64,000 nucleotides of DNA. Origin: a virus. The position numbers and the translations under genes were made by a program. The stretch spans positions 1-64,000 of the IMG/VR virus record IMGVR_UViG_3300043395_003089, one strand, 5' to 3'. Below are positions 37,317-47,112 of this stretch, in pieces. Every line of letters starts with the position of its first letter. Positions within the stretch are counted from its first letter, which is position 1. The notes beneath the pieces are model-generated. The model worked only from the letters and a program-made list of their open reading frames with translations, made no database searches and had not been told where the DNA came from.

Positions 37317-38037
37317 CGCTTGCTCCAGATCTTGTGCACGCGAAGCGTCTCGCGCAGCACGGTCGGATGTGCACCTTCCGTGATCGCAGCGTCGGCGTGT
37401 TGTGCTGCGCGTTCCTGCGCCCACGCTTCGATGCACGCGTCGCATTGGCCCTGATCGAATGTCATCCAAGGCTCGCGCTCGTAAGGTTTCGAGCACACGA
37501 CGCAGGTTCGCGTCTCTTTCACGGCGCGACCTTGCGACGACGCACGAGGCTCGCGCCGTCGTAGATCAAACACGCCTTGTCGAGCGCCTTCGATGCCGGG
37601 CACTCCGCGTGGATCTTGCAATCGCAGTGGGCGACCCACGCCGACGCTTGACGCTCATCTTCGGGCCACTCGGCGTCTTCCTTCGAGATCCCGAAGAACG
37701 CGAGGCCTGGTTTTCCGTCGTCGGCCTTCCACCGGCCGTTCGGAAAGAGCTTGCGGACGTCGATCGCGCCGCTTGGTGGTCGACACAGCGGGTGTTTTTT
37801 GAGCATCGGCATCCTTCATGAATTTATAGGCGGCAGCCAATCGATCGCTGAACGCCTGAAGATTTTCTAGTGATTGCTCGACGAGCAGCTCGCGAGCGTA
37901 GTAGTTGCCGTCGTCGACTTCGAGCTGTACGTGATCACGTCGTAGACAGAGCCTGTCGCGCTGACGATGCGTGTGCAGCGAGATCTCGACGGTCCAGTGT
38001 CCGACGATGAACGTCGGCCGCGAGTAGCCCTCGCGCT

Positions 38038-38580
38038 TCATGGATTTTGCACCGACATCGCCTTTTTCCAGGTCTCGATCGCGCGAGCGTAAACCGCGAT
38101 CTGCTCGCGCATCTCGATTCGCCCAGTCCAGTGACCGGCGCTGCGTTGCACCATTCGCTCGTAGGCATCGAGCGCCGGCAATGCGGCGAACGCGGCTAAG
38201 AAGTCTTCGAGCGCCTTGATGTATGGCGTTACATGCGGCGCTTTCTCGACGAGCATCGCGACAGCTTCCGCGTCTCGCCCGAGACGGATCATGTCTGCGG
38301 CGATGCCACGCCACTCGTCGTCGGCGACGAGCGTCGGGTGCGTGACTTTGTAGACTTCCTGAAGCGCGATGATCAACTCGGGCAACGAATTGGTTTCGAG
38401 GATAATCGTGCGAGCTGTTTCGACGGTGCGCGATGGGATACTTAGCTGCGCGATCTTGACGCCGAACTTGATGTGAAAGCCATCGCGCGCAATCGCGCGA
38501 GCCTCGGTGTGCTGCGGGTCCTCGCAGCGTTCACACGGCAAGTGCGCGCGAAATTCCTCGGCGGTACGAAACGCGTGCAT
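38038..38580 (-). CDS. hypothetical protein
   Basis: Protein-like from MHAFRT onward. Confidence 0.5.
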   Translation of the reverse strand: MHAFRTAEEFRAHLPCERCEDPQHTEARAIARDGFHIKFGVKIAQLSIPSRTVETARTIILETNSLPELIIALQEVYKVTHPTLVADDEWRGIAADMIRLGRDAEAVAMLVEKAPHVTPYIKALEDFLAAFAALPALDAYERMVQRSAGHWTGRIEMREQIAVYARAIETWKKAMSVQNP

Positions 38581-38612
38581 TGACTCGATTACCCTTCGTG
38601 TTCGTCCGTCGC

Positions 38613-39566
38613 TCACTTGATCACCAGCTCGCGCAGCCACTGCGGTGTCGAGTTGCGAACTTTCTCGGCGATCGCCTTCATGTCGATGTAGCCGCCCATC
38701 GCGCCGAGGCCGGGCAACGTGTGACCGGTCATCGCGGCGATCTCGTGCGGCGCGAGCCCGGCGTCTGCGCGCCACGTCACGAACGTGTGACGAAACTGGT
38801 GGGGATGGATGTGGCCGATCTTCGCCTCAGCCGTGCGCTTGTTGAGCACCCGGTTGACGTGATCGGGGTAGAACGGCGTGCGCTCGATCGCGTATGCCGC
38901 ACCGAACGGCCCGATCTGGCGTTGCACACCGCAGAACACGGGGCCCGAGCCGCGACTTCGCCCCGAGAGCCACGCGAGCCACGGGCGCAGCGCCGCGATC
39001 GCGGTGTCCGAGAGCGGCACGGCGACGTCATCGAGCCCGGTGCCTTTCATCCGCACCCACGCGTGCGGGTAGTTGCCCTTGCTCAAGGCGATATCGAGAT
39101 GCGTACGCTCGACCGTCATCGAGCAGATCGACATCTTCCGCATGCCGGTTTCGAGCATGACGATCACCATCGCGTGATCGCGCAGCGCGAGCGGATCGCT
39201 GACGGCCGCGCGTGCGAGCGACTGCACAAGCTTGGTGACGGTCTCTTGCTGTAGCGCGTGCTTGGGGCGAGCCTTGCGGCCCTTGGCTTTCTGCACGTAC
39301 GCGAAGTCGAGCTCGGGCTTGTTCTGGTAGTGAGCGCGCCACTTCGAGGCGTACGCGACGCTCGCCATCAACCGATTCGCGCTCTGCGGGCGCAGCTCGC
39401 GCTCGTCGAGCAAGTGATCGTAGAACGCTTGAGCGCGCTCGCGCGTCCAGCCGCTCGGCGCCTCGCCTGCGAACGCGATCCACTGATCGATGTCGCGCAG
39501 GTAGCGCTTCCTCGACGATGGCGCGAGGTTGCGGCTTTTCTTGATGACGTCGTGTAGTTCGCTCAT
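38613..39566 (-). CDS. tyrosine recombinase / integrase
   Basis: ETGMR, HPHQFRHTF, TGH, GGY catalytic residues; SAM-like N-terminal domain. Confidence 0.9.
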   Translation of the reverse strand: MSELHDVIKKSRNLAPSSRKRYLRDIDQWIAFAGEAPSGWTRERAQAFYDHLLDERELRPQSANRLMASVAYASKWRAHYQNKPELDFAYVQKAKGRKARPKHALQQETVTKLVQSLARAAVSDPLALRDHAMVIVMLETGMRKMSICSMTVERTHLDIALSKGNYPHAWVRMKGTGLDDVAVPLSDTAIAALRPWLAWLSGRSRGSGPVFCGVQRQIGPFGAAYAIERTPFYPDHVNRVLNKRTAEAKIGHIHPHQFRHTFVTWRADAGLAPHEIAAMTGHTLPGLGAMGGYIDMKAIAEKVRNSTPQWLRELVIK

Positions 39567-40302
39567 GGATTACTCGTCGACGTCGAAGCGTGTTTCTTCG
39601 ATATCGTGTAGCTGCATACGCCAGCCCTTGCCACGAACGAAGTGCAATGAGGCTTTGGGCAGGCCCATCGATTCGCGCCACGCGTGCGCCTCGGCGCCAG
39701 TCTTGAACCAGCGCACCGGATGAAGTCGCATCGAGCAGCTCATTTGGGCGGCTTCCATTCTGGGCGCGGTTTGACGATGAGCGTGTTGCTCGCGTGCGTC
39801 TCGACGTCGAGCATGCAGTCGATCCCACGCACGTGCAGCCCGATCGAATGCTCTGGTCGCACGTACGCCTCGATCTCGATCACGTTGCCGTTAGGCAGGG
39901 TGAAGCGCAGCGGCCCACCGGATGTCGCGTACGCGGGCGCGGGGTCGCCACGACGCACGTGATGCGTGAACGCGATCGGAATCGGTGGCGGCGGTGGCGC
40001 GATCGATGATGCGCCGGTTGTCCATAGCTTGGGCTTGCGGCCCGGAATCCGCGGCATCTAGTTGAGCCTCGTGCGCTCGGCGTGCTCGGCTTCGGTGAGG
40101 CCGTACGCGACTCGCTCGGCGAGGTTACGCCACTTGTCGCGCTGCTCTATCCAGTATCGAATGTCGTCGGCGTGGAGCTTCGCGAGCTGCTTGTTCCGTC
40201 GACGCAACGAGATCGCGCACACGAACGCGAAGCCGGCGAGCGTGCCGCTACACACCGACACGACCCAACAAAGGTAGCTGTGCTCGAACATACGGATCCT
40301 TT

Positions 40303-40887
40303 CTAGCGCGCTGCCCTGCCAGCTCTCGCGCGAAGTCGCAGCCGAATCGCTTGGAACGTTGCCTTGAAAGCGCACGTGGGGCACGGTGCGGTCTTGTTCG
40401 CTCGCGGGTGTTCGCACGTGTAGGGCCTCGTCGCGGCGTTCACCGCATCGCGAAGCAACTTGTAGGCGTTGACGTTGGCGATGCAGCTCGCGCAGGTCTT
40501 GTTGCCGAGCTTGGGCCAGCCGTGGCCGCACTTCACGCAACGCCCGAGCGCGACCCAGCGTCGCGCGCGACGCTTGCGCGAGCTAGCCATCGTCGCGATG
40601 CAGCTCGGGCATCGCATCCGACCACGCGCCCGCTTGTTGCCACACGAGCAGAGCCCGGATGCGATGTAGCCGGCGGCGCGTTCGTTCTTCTTTGCGTTGC
40701 AGTGAGCGCAGATCTTCTGTCCGGCTTTCGGATAACGCATCCGGCACACGAGGCAAAGCCCTCGCTTGACCGCCTTTTTGCGTAGACGCCTCAGTCGAAT
40801 CGCATTGGGGGTTTGCGATAGCCGAGGTTGTCGGGCTTGCGATCGCGCTCGACGACGCTTCGGTACTTTGATCTTGCGCTTACCCAT
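40303..40887 (-). CDS. basic multi-CxxC zinc-finger protein
   Basis: Repeated GLC..C/C..C units. Confidence 0.6.
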   Translation of the reverse strand: MGKRKIKVPKRRRARSQARQPRLSQTPNAIRLRRLRKKAVKRGLCLVCRMRYPKAGQKICAHCNAKKNERAAGYIASGLCSCGNKRARGRMRCPSCIATMASSRKRRARRWVALGRCVKCGHGWPKLGNKTCASCIANVNAYKLLRDAVNAATRPYTCEHPRANKTAPCPTCAFKATFQAIRLRLRARAGRAAR

Positions 40888-40976
40888 GATTGTGGCCTAA
40901 GTAGTTGTTTTCATTGGTTAAATCGGATGCCCTGATATTATGAATATCACGACAACGCCCCACCGTCGAGCTAGAT

Positions 40977-41786
40977 CTAGAAGTTCGAGCGGCACTGCCC
41001 ATCGCAGTCGGGATCCTTGCATCCGAGTGAATGCAGGCTCGCAGCGCGCGTTGGCTTAGCCGTTCGCTTGCGCGCTGGGATGTTTTGCATCGGCGGATCC
41101 CGATGGTTCATGCGATCGATTCGCTTCGGTGGTGGGAGTAGCGGAGCCCAATCCAAATCGCGACGGCCCCACGCGCGAAACGCGAGCACACGCACGAACG
41201 GATCCGAGTGAATCCCACCGTGTTGCTGGCCGATGTATCGGCGAGCCTCGACAAGTGGCCCTGGCGACTTCCTAAAGGCCTTCGTGAGCTGCTCGAATTC
41301 CTTTAGCTCGCTCGGTGGTACGGCCCATCGTTCGAGCTCGTGGACGATCAAGTAGTCGGTCGATTCCTGCGACGTCATCTCGTACTCGATCTCGTCATGA
41401 ACCATCCCGACAGAGACCCAACCCGGGCGCGGTTCGAGTGCCTCGATCTCGCGCTCGCGCGGCGTGATGTCCGAGTCGAGCAACGTGCCTCGACGATGCA
41501 ACGCGATATGCATCACGAGATCGTCTTCAGGGTCGAGATCGAACGCAGCGATCTTGGGCTTGGTCATCCAACCACATTCGCAGCCGACGAGTACCGCTCG
41601 GCCTTGAGCGTCCATTCGCATGCGTGGCTGGTGTAGCGTCGCTACAGGCAGATCTTCCGTGATTGTCCCCTTGCCATGGCAACGCGGGCATGACGACCAT
41701 CCGTCAACGATCGAGCCGTAGCCCTTTTGCCCGAGGCAATCCGGGCAGAGCTTACTCGCGCCATTCTTGAATTCGATCGTCGTCAT
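40977..41786 (-). CDS. protein with DnaJ-type zinc finger at the N-terminus
   Basis: CPDCLGQKG..CPRCHGKG. Confidence 0.55.
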   Translation of the reverse strand: MTTIEFKNGASKLCPDCLGQKGYGSIVDGWSSCPRCHGKGTITEDLPVATLHQPRMRMDAQGRAVLVGCECGWMTKPKIAAFDLDPEDDLVMHIALHRRGTLLDSDITPREREIEALEPRPGWVSVGMVHDEIEYEMTSQESTDYLIVHELERWAVPPSELKEFEQLTKAFRKSPGPLVEARRYIGQQHGGIHSDPFVRVLAFRAWGRRDLDWAPLLPPPKRIDRMNHRDPPMQNIPARKRTAKPTRAASLHSLGCKDPDCDGQCRSNF

Positions 41787-42045
41787 GGCGCCTCGACTCG
41801 CTCGCTCGGATCTTCGTCGCCCGGATCGTGGTTCGCGAACGGGAACGCATCCAAGCGTTGCGGGTTGCTACACGTGCCGCACTTGATCCGGTTGTCGCTG
41901 TTCCAAGGCGCAAACCAGCCGACGAAGATCAACCGCCCGCATGCCATGCAGATCTGTTGCAGCCCGTCGAGATGCGCGCCCGTGAAGACGTCGCGATGCG
42001 TGATCTTTGGCATCTAGATCGTTCCTTCCTGTGCCCGCTTCCCGG

Positions 42046-42828
42046 TCACCGCTTCACCATTCGCAGCATGCAGGTCCGTACGCTCGTGCCCGATGGCTTG
42101 AACGCGTCGTCAGGTAGGTTCTCGATGCTGTTCTCGTCGTCGTTCGCGCGTAGCGCCCACTCGCGAAACTCGCGATGGCGCCTGTCCCGACGAAACTGCA
42201 CGCCAGCGGGCAACACGCTCACGAGCACGCCACCAGGCACGAGCATCGAGAACGCGTGGCGCACGTGATCGAGGTGATCGCCGAGCCCGACTTTGCAGAA
42301 CGGCGGGTTCATGACGACGCGATCGAACGGCTCATCCGGCACGTATTCGAGGAAGTCGTCTTCGGTTTTCTGTGACAGCACGGTCAGTGTCAGCATGCGT
42401 CGCGACAGGTCCATCAACCCGAGCTTGCGTTGTCGATCGCGCTCGATCGCGACCACGCCGCACTCGATTTCGAGTAGCACGCGCACGATCGCGCCGTCGC
42501 CCGCGCTCGGTTCGAGCACGATGTGCCCCGGGCGCACGTCGGCAGCCTCGACGAGCTGACGCGCGATCGGGTCGGGTGTCCTGAAGAAGCCTAGCTCTTG
42601 ATGCGTCGTGACTTCGCCGGTCGTGAGCGCGAGCTCGATGCGTTCGCGCGCGTCGCACGAGAACGAATGCGCCTTGAGCTTGCGTTGCCACTTGCCGCCG
42701 AGCGCTTCGAGGACTTGGTTTGTCTTCGTGTAGAGCGCGCGATCGAGCTGTTGCGCGATCACGACGTTGCCCGAGGCGTCGTATTCGACGGCCGAGAGCA
42801 CGCTTAGAACTTCGTCGCTGATCTTCAT
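42046..42828 (-). CDS. DNA N6-adenine methyltransferase
   Basis: FFRTP, VLEPSAGDG, VVMNPPF, FKPSGT. Confidence 0.88.
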   Translation of the reverse strand: MKISDEVLSVLSAVEYDASGNVVIAQQLDRALYTKTNQVLEALGGKWQRKLKAHSFSCDARERIELALTTGEVTTHQELGFFRTPDPIARQLVEAADVRPGHIVLEPSAGDGAIVRVLLEIECGVVAIERDRQRKLGLMDLSRRMLTLTVLSQKTEDDFLEYVPDEPFDRVVMNPPFCKVGLGDHLDHVRHAFSMLVPGGVLVSVLPAGVQFRRDRRHREFREWALRANDDENSIENLPDDAFKPSGTSVRTCMLRMVKR

Positions 42829-43027
42829 GGTCAGTCTCCAGCGGCGCCGCTGTTACGGTCACGCGCGTAGTTGGGTCGATAGTCGATAAACGGTGGCGGG
42901 TCGATGGCGTCGAGGATGATGGCGCGACAGCGCTCGTACTCCTCGATGTCGCCGGGCTGGGTCGGGCGCGAGCCCATGCGGAAGATTCTCCCGAGTGCTA
43001 GCGCCACCAGCCCGGAGCGTTCTTGGT

Positions 43028-43510
43028 TCATTGGAAGACTTCCAGCTTGACGGTGAACGTCGTCTCGCTCGAATTCGTCAGCGTGCCCGAGCCCGAGTAG
43101 CGCTCGGTGCGTGTGCCGCACAAGATCGTCAACGCGCCATCGTAGAACGACGCGCTCCCTCGCGAGACGCCGCAGACCTGCGATGCCGCCGGTTCGAGCG
43201 AGCCCGTGCAGACGTCGCTACCCGAGCACGTCGGCGTGCTCTGCGTGTCGCACTTCGACAGCACGAAATCGGCCCCCGGCGCGAGCGCGACGGTCGCGAA
43301 GCGATTGATCGTCACGTCGCGCGAATTGTCGGTAGAGACGTGGTGGACTTCGCGCATGAACGGCTGACAGTCGAGCGGCATCTCGACGAGCCCCGGAGTC
43401 GGCGGCGGCATCACGTGTGGCGCGTCGGTGATCGGGTTGCCGGCGTCGTCGAGCGGCGTTGCGCTCGAACCACAGCCAAGGACGAATAGGGCGATTGCGA
43501 TGATCTTCAT
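43028..43510 (-). CDS. lipoprotein, Cys-rich
   Basis: MKIIAIALFVLGC lipobox, DDAG..DAP linker. Confidence 0.7.
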   Translation of the reverse strand: MKIIAIALFVLGCGSSATPLDDAGNPITDAPHVMPPPTPGLVEMPLDCQPFMREVHHVSTDNSRDVTINRFATVALAPGADFVLSKCDTQSTPTCSGSDVCTGSLEPAASQVCGVSRGSASFYDGALTILCGTRTERYSGSGTLTNSSETTFTVKLEVFQ

Positions 43511-43899
43511 GGATGCCTCTTGCAAGGAAGTTGGTTGCCGCAGATCCGCTCGTCGGGATCGTTGGTGTAGTTATCGACGATGTACGCGCAACGGCCGGGT
43601 GGATGCGGCAACACCGTGCGCACCATGCCGTTCCCGTCGACGCAGAACATGATCCGCGTGGTCTCGTCACGCCACGTGGATTGTCCGAGGCCGTCGAGAT
43701 CGTTCGGCTGCCAATCGATGAATTGCGAGCGAGCCATCAGCTCAAACAGGAATGGGGTATGTCTCTTTCGCTGGGGTTGTCGTGTCGTCGCTCAAGTCGC
43801 GCTCGAAGGATTTGACGCTCGGGGCCGACATACCCCTATGCATCCCCGAGGGTTTGATCCTTCGGGCGCGGCTTGAACAGCGAGCGCTGTTCGTCAGAT

Positions 43900-44472
43900 C
43901 TAGATCGCGTATTTCGACAGCGCGTGCTTGGTCCAGAACGCGATCGCCTCGGGCTTGCGCACGTCGGGGATCTTGGGGTCGGTCGGCTCTTGCGGCGCGA
44001 GCGGGCCCCCGTAGCACGTGTAAAGGATGCACGCGTGTTCCTCGTGTGGCCCGGCGATGACGGTGATCTGCCGGGTCGGCCGCATCGGCAGATCGATCAG
44101 CCGTGATTCCCAGCCACGCGCGCCGCGCTTGCCGAGCGTGATCGCGCCCGTGAACGTCGGAAGCTGCACGAACATGCTCGCGATGCCGCCGCGCTTGAAC
44201 GCTTCCTCCATGCGCTCGACGTTCGCGAGCATGATCGAGCCCGTCGGCATGAGGTAATCACCGGGCCCCAGCGGCATCAACTCGGTGCCGTTCAGGATCT
44301 CGGGGTCGCCCATCGCCGGGCCCCACAGCCCGCACGGCACGGTGCCTAGCTCGGGCGGTAGTTCGATCGTCTCGATGAAGAACGCGCGGCGATCCTCGAA
44401 ACGCGTGAACAGGAAATCGATCTGTGCCGAGTTGAGGCCGTGATCGAGGTGGGATTCTCGGTGTCGTTGCAT
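43900..44472 (-). CDS. hypothetical phage protein
   Basis: Protein-like: TVIAGP..LYTCYGGPLAPQEP..FWTKHAL. Confidence 0.6.
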   Translation of the reverse strand: MQRHRESHLDHGLNSAQIDFLFTRFEDRRAFFIETIELPPELGTVPCGLWGPAMGDPEILNGTELMPLGPGDYLMPTGSIMLANVERMEEAFKRGGIASMFVQLPTFTGAITLGKRGARGWESRLIDLPMRPTRQITVIAGPHEEHACILYTCYGGPLAPQEPTDPKIPDVRKPEAIAFWTKHALSKYAI

Positions 44473-44754
44473 CACTTGATCCTTTCGATGATTTCGAGCG
44501 CAGATTGCAGCGTGCGCACGCGCTGAATGTCTTTGTGAGAAGTCGCGATCCAGCAATCGATCGCGTGGCCACTCGAATGAACGCGTGCGCCGCGGTACAC
44601 GCCGGTTACGTCGGCGCTAACACACGAGCACAAGTTTTCGAGCGCGGCGTGCAAGATCTTGGCGAGCGCCTTGGAGAGCTTCATACGCAGCGCTCCAACG
44701 GCTCGATCTCGCCCGCGTCTAGGCATCGATAGAGGGCCATGCCGATCGCGGGCT

Positions 44755-45315
44755 TCACGACACGTGCCTCCACGCGGTGATGTAGAGGTAGCCGTGCGAG
44801 CCGTTCGGGTTGGCCACGATCGTGTATTCGCCGTCGGTGAAGCGCACGAGCGCCTCGGGGCCGTCCATCTCGGGATGCCGCGAGCCCATCGCGCGGCAGA
44901 GCGTCACGAGCATCGGGCGCGCGGTGTCGTCGATCCACTTGCCCATCGTCTGCACGCGAGTCTTGCCCTCGGCGTCGAGCGCACCGAACGAGGACCAGCC
45001 CATGCGATCCCAGAGCAGATCGATCGACGGCTCGTAGGTCGTGCTCGTCAGCTTGCGCCCGCGGCTGATCTTGATCTTGCCGGTCGCGGTGTGCACGGGC
45101 TTGGTGACGGAACGCCACGAGTAGATCGCGCGAGCGCCCCATGCGAGCGTCACGCCCTCGGGAATCGCGTGGGTCAGTCCCCACGGCGGTTTGATGAACG
45201 TGCGTTCGTGCTCGGGCGCGACCTTGCTGGTTTCGATCGGGCACTTCTCTTGAAGATGCGCGGTGCCGGTAGTTCCCGGACAATCGTCGCGCCCGCATTC
45301 GTAGATCGGTTTCAT
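44755..45315 (-). CDS. hypothetical early-region protein
   Basis: Start follows the repeated leader; NPNGSHGYLYITAW C-terminus. Confidence 0.55.
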   Translation of the reverse strand: MKPIYECGRDDCPGTTGTAHLQEKCPIETSKVAPEHERTFIKPPWGLTHAIPEGVTLAWGARAIYSWRSVTKPVHTATGKIKISRGRKLTSTTYEPSIDLLWDRMGWSSFGALDAEGKTRVQTMGKWIDDTARPMLVTLCRAMGSRHPEMDGPEALVRFTDGEYTIVANPNGSHGYLYITAWRHVS

Positions 45316-45318
45316 GGG

Positions 45319-46186
45319 GGTATGTCCTTGGTTGTGGTTGCGAGCTAGAGCTACTCGGCCGCGCCGCGAGCTGTCTCGCGGCACCGACGAACGCGCTAGG
45401 TCAGATACGGCACGCGCCCGGAGCGCGAAGCGAACCAATAGATCAACTGATCGACGGTGAGATTGCCCGGCACGCGCTCGGGCCATGCGAGCGTCCACAC
45501 GTCGTCATCGTCGGGGCGCACGGCGAAGGCTTCGAGCCGACGCGGCTTGTAGTAGACATACAGCGCGAGCGTCGGATCGCGCATCAACAGCGCGTGCGCG
45601 GCGCGTGCCGCTCGTGCGGTCTCGTTGTTGTGGAACAGTGCATCGCTCGACATGGCTAGCCCTCCATCGCTTGGACAGAGACTCGGTTCTCGATCAGCTC
45701 GATCACCGGAGCGATCACGTCGTTCGTGGTCAGCTCGTCAGCCTCGGGCTCGAAAGGCTCGTATAGCTCACGAGCGAATTCCTGCGCCGCTTCGAGCAAC
45801 GTGCTCGAATCGAGATCGTCGTGCGCGTCGATCTCGATCTGGTACCGCGTGAAACCCTCGGGGGGCGCTTCGCCCTTGTCATGCGGCTTCGCGAGCGTTT
45901 GCCCCGTCGCGCGCTCGGCGAGCGACACGAGCCCCTCGGCGAGCGATTCGAGGTACTCGCCTTGATCCCACGAATCGCCGCATGAAGGGCCCCAGTCGGC
46001 CGTGACGAACGGGTGATCGTCGTCGGGGCGATGCACGAGCACCACGAGTTGGTGCCCGACGTTGATCGAGCCCTTGGACTTGAGCATGGCGCCCGTGACG
46101 CGCGGCAACGCCGCGATCACCGAGTGCCCGTTGAGTGTCTGAGGAATCATGAGGTATGTCTTTCGTTGGTGGTTGCGAGCTAGAGC
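45319..46186 (-). repeat. duplicated upstream leader GCTCTAGCTCGCAACCAC...GACATACC
   Basis: 18-bp exact copies at 45334-45351 and 46169-46186, each followed by GACATACC just before an ATG. Confidence 0.75.
45656..46150 (-). CDS. acidic hypothetical early-region protein
   Basis: Start follows the repeated leader. Confidence 0.55.
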   Translation of the reverse strand: MIPQTLNGHSVIAALPRVTGAMLKSKGSINVGHQLVVLVHRPDDDHPFVTADWGPSCGDSWDQGEYLESLAEGLVSLAERATGQTLAKPHDKGEAPPEGFTRYQIEIDAHDDLDSSTLLEAAQEFARELYEPFEPEADELTTNDVIAPVIELIENRVSVQAMEG

Positions 46187-47112
46187 CTCTAGTGAGCGCA
46201 CGAGCCATCGCGGCTAGGCTTTCCCGTTCTTTGACCGCACGTTCAAGCGATGGCCGGTTCGCGGATCCGGCGACGCTTGCCCGCTTGTGATGTTCAACTC
46301 GTGCGCTCGCTACAGCCTCCAGCGCAGCGACGCGGCGACGCGCACGCGCTCTAAGTTGAACGGGTTCTCCGCAGCGTGCGGTGTGTCCGCGAACATCGCC
46401 GCTTCATCGAACGAGCGCCCGCCGACAAGGGCCGCGAGGCGCACGACTTCGCGTTGAAGTCTCGCGCGCTCGTCGATCGCGTACTGCGGTTGCTCGGTGT
46501 CAGGGATGACGGCGCGCGGGTCGCCCTCGGGGTACGAGAGATCGATCCACCGTTGTTCGTAGACTCGCAACTGCATCATGGCAGTCTTGAGCGTGGCGAG
46601 ATGTCGGTTGTAGCGGATCATGATCGAGTGCCCCCTGCGCACCACGCGCGATAGAGGCGCGCGGCGCGCTTGTTCTTGGTCCAGTCCGGCACGAAGCCAC
46701 CCCGCGCGATCCACGCCGCGAGATCGCGGCATGCGTCGCGCCGCTCGGTCGCGTCGCTCGCGTCGCCGATACGGTTAAGGCACGCTTGCGGGTCCATCGC
46801 TACACGCGCCCTTTCCAGGCTTCCGGCTTGTCGCCGCGATCCCACGCGTCGCGGAGCACGCGAGCGCTCGCGCCCCACAAATCATCGTCGGTCGCCTCGC
46901 GCCCGAGCACGAGCACGAGCCACGCGCCGAACGTGGGCCGTTCTTCGATCGCGACGCGATGCGTGTAGCCCTTGTCGCGGATCATGGCGCGATGGTTGTT
47001 CGCGGCGTGCTCGGCTTGCTTCGCCGTCATCCAACGCGAGGTATGCACGGGCGCGGGGGCGCCCTCGACGCGAACCGTCACGCGATGCGTAGCGTTGTCG
47101 CTCGCCACGGGC

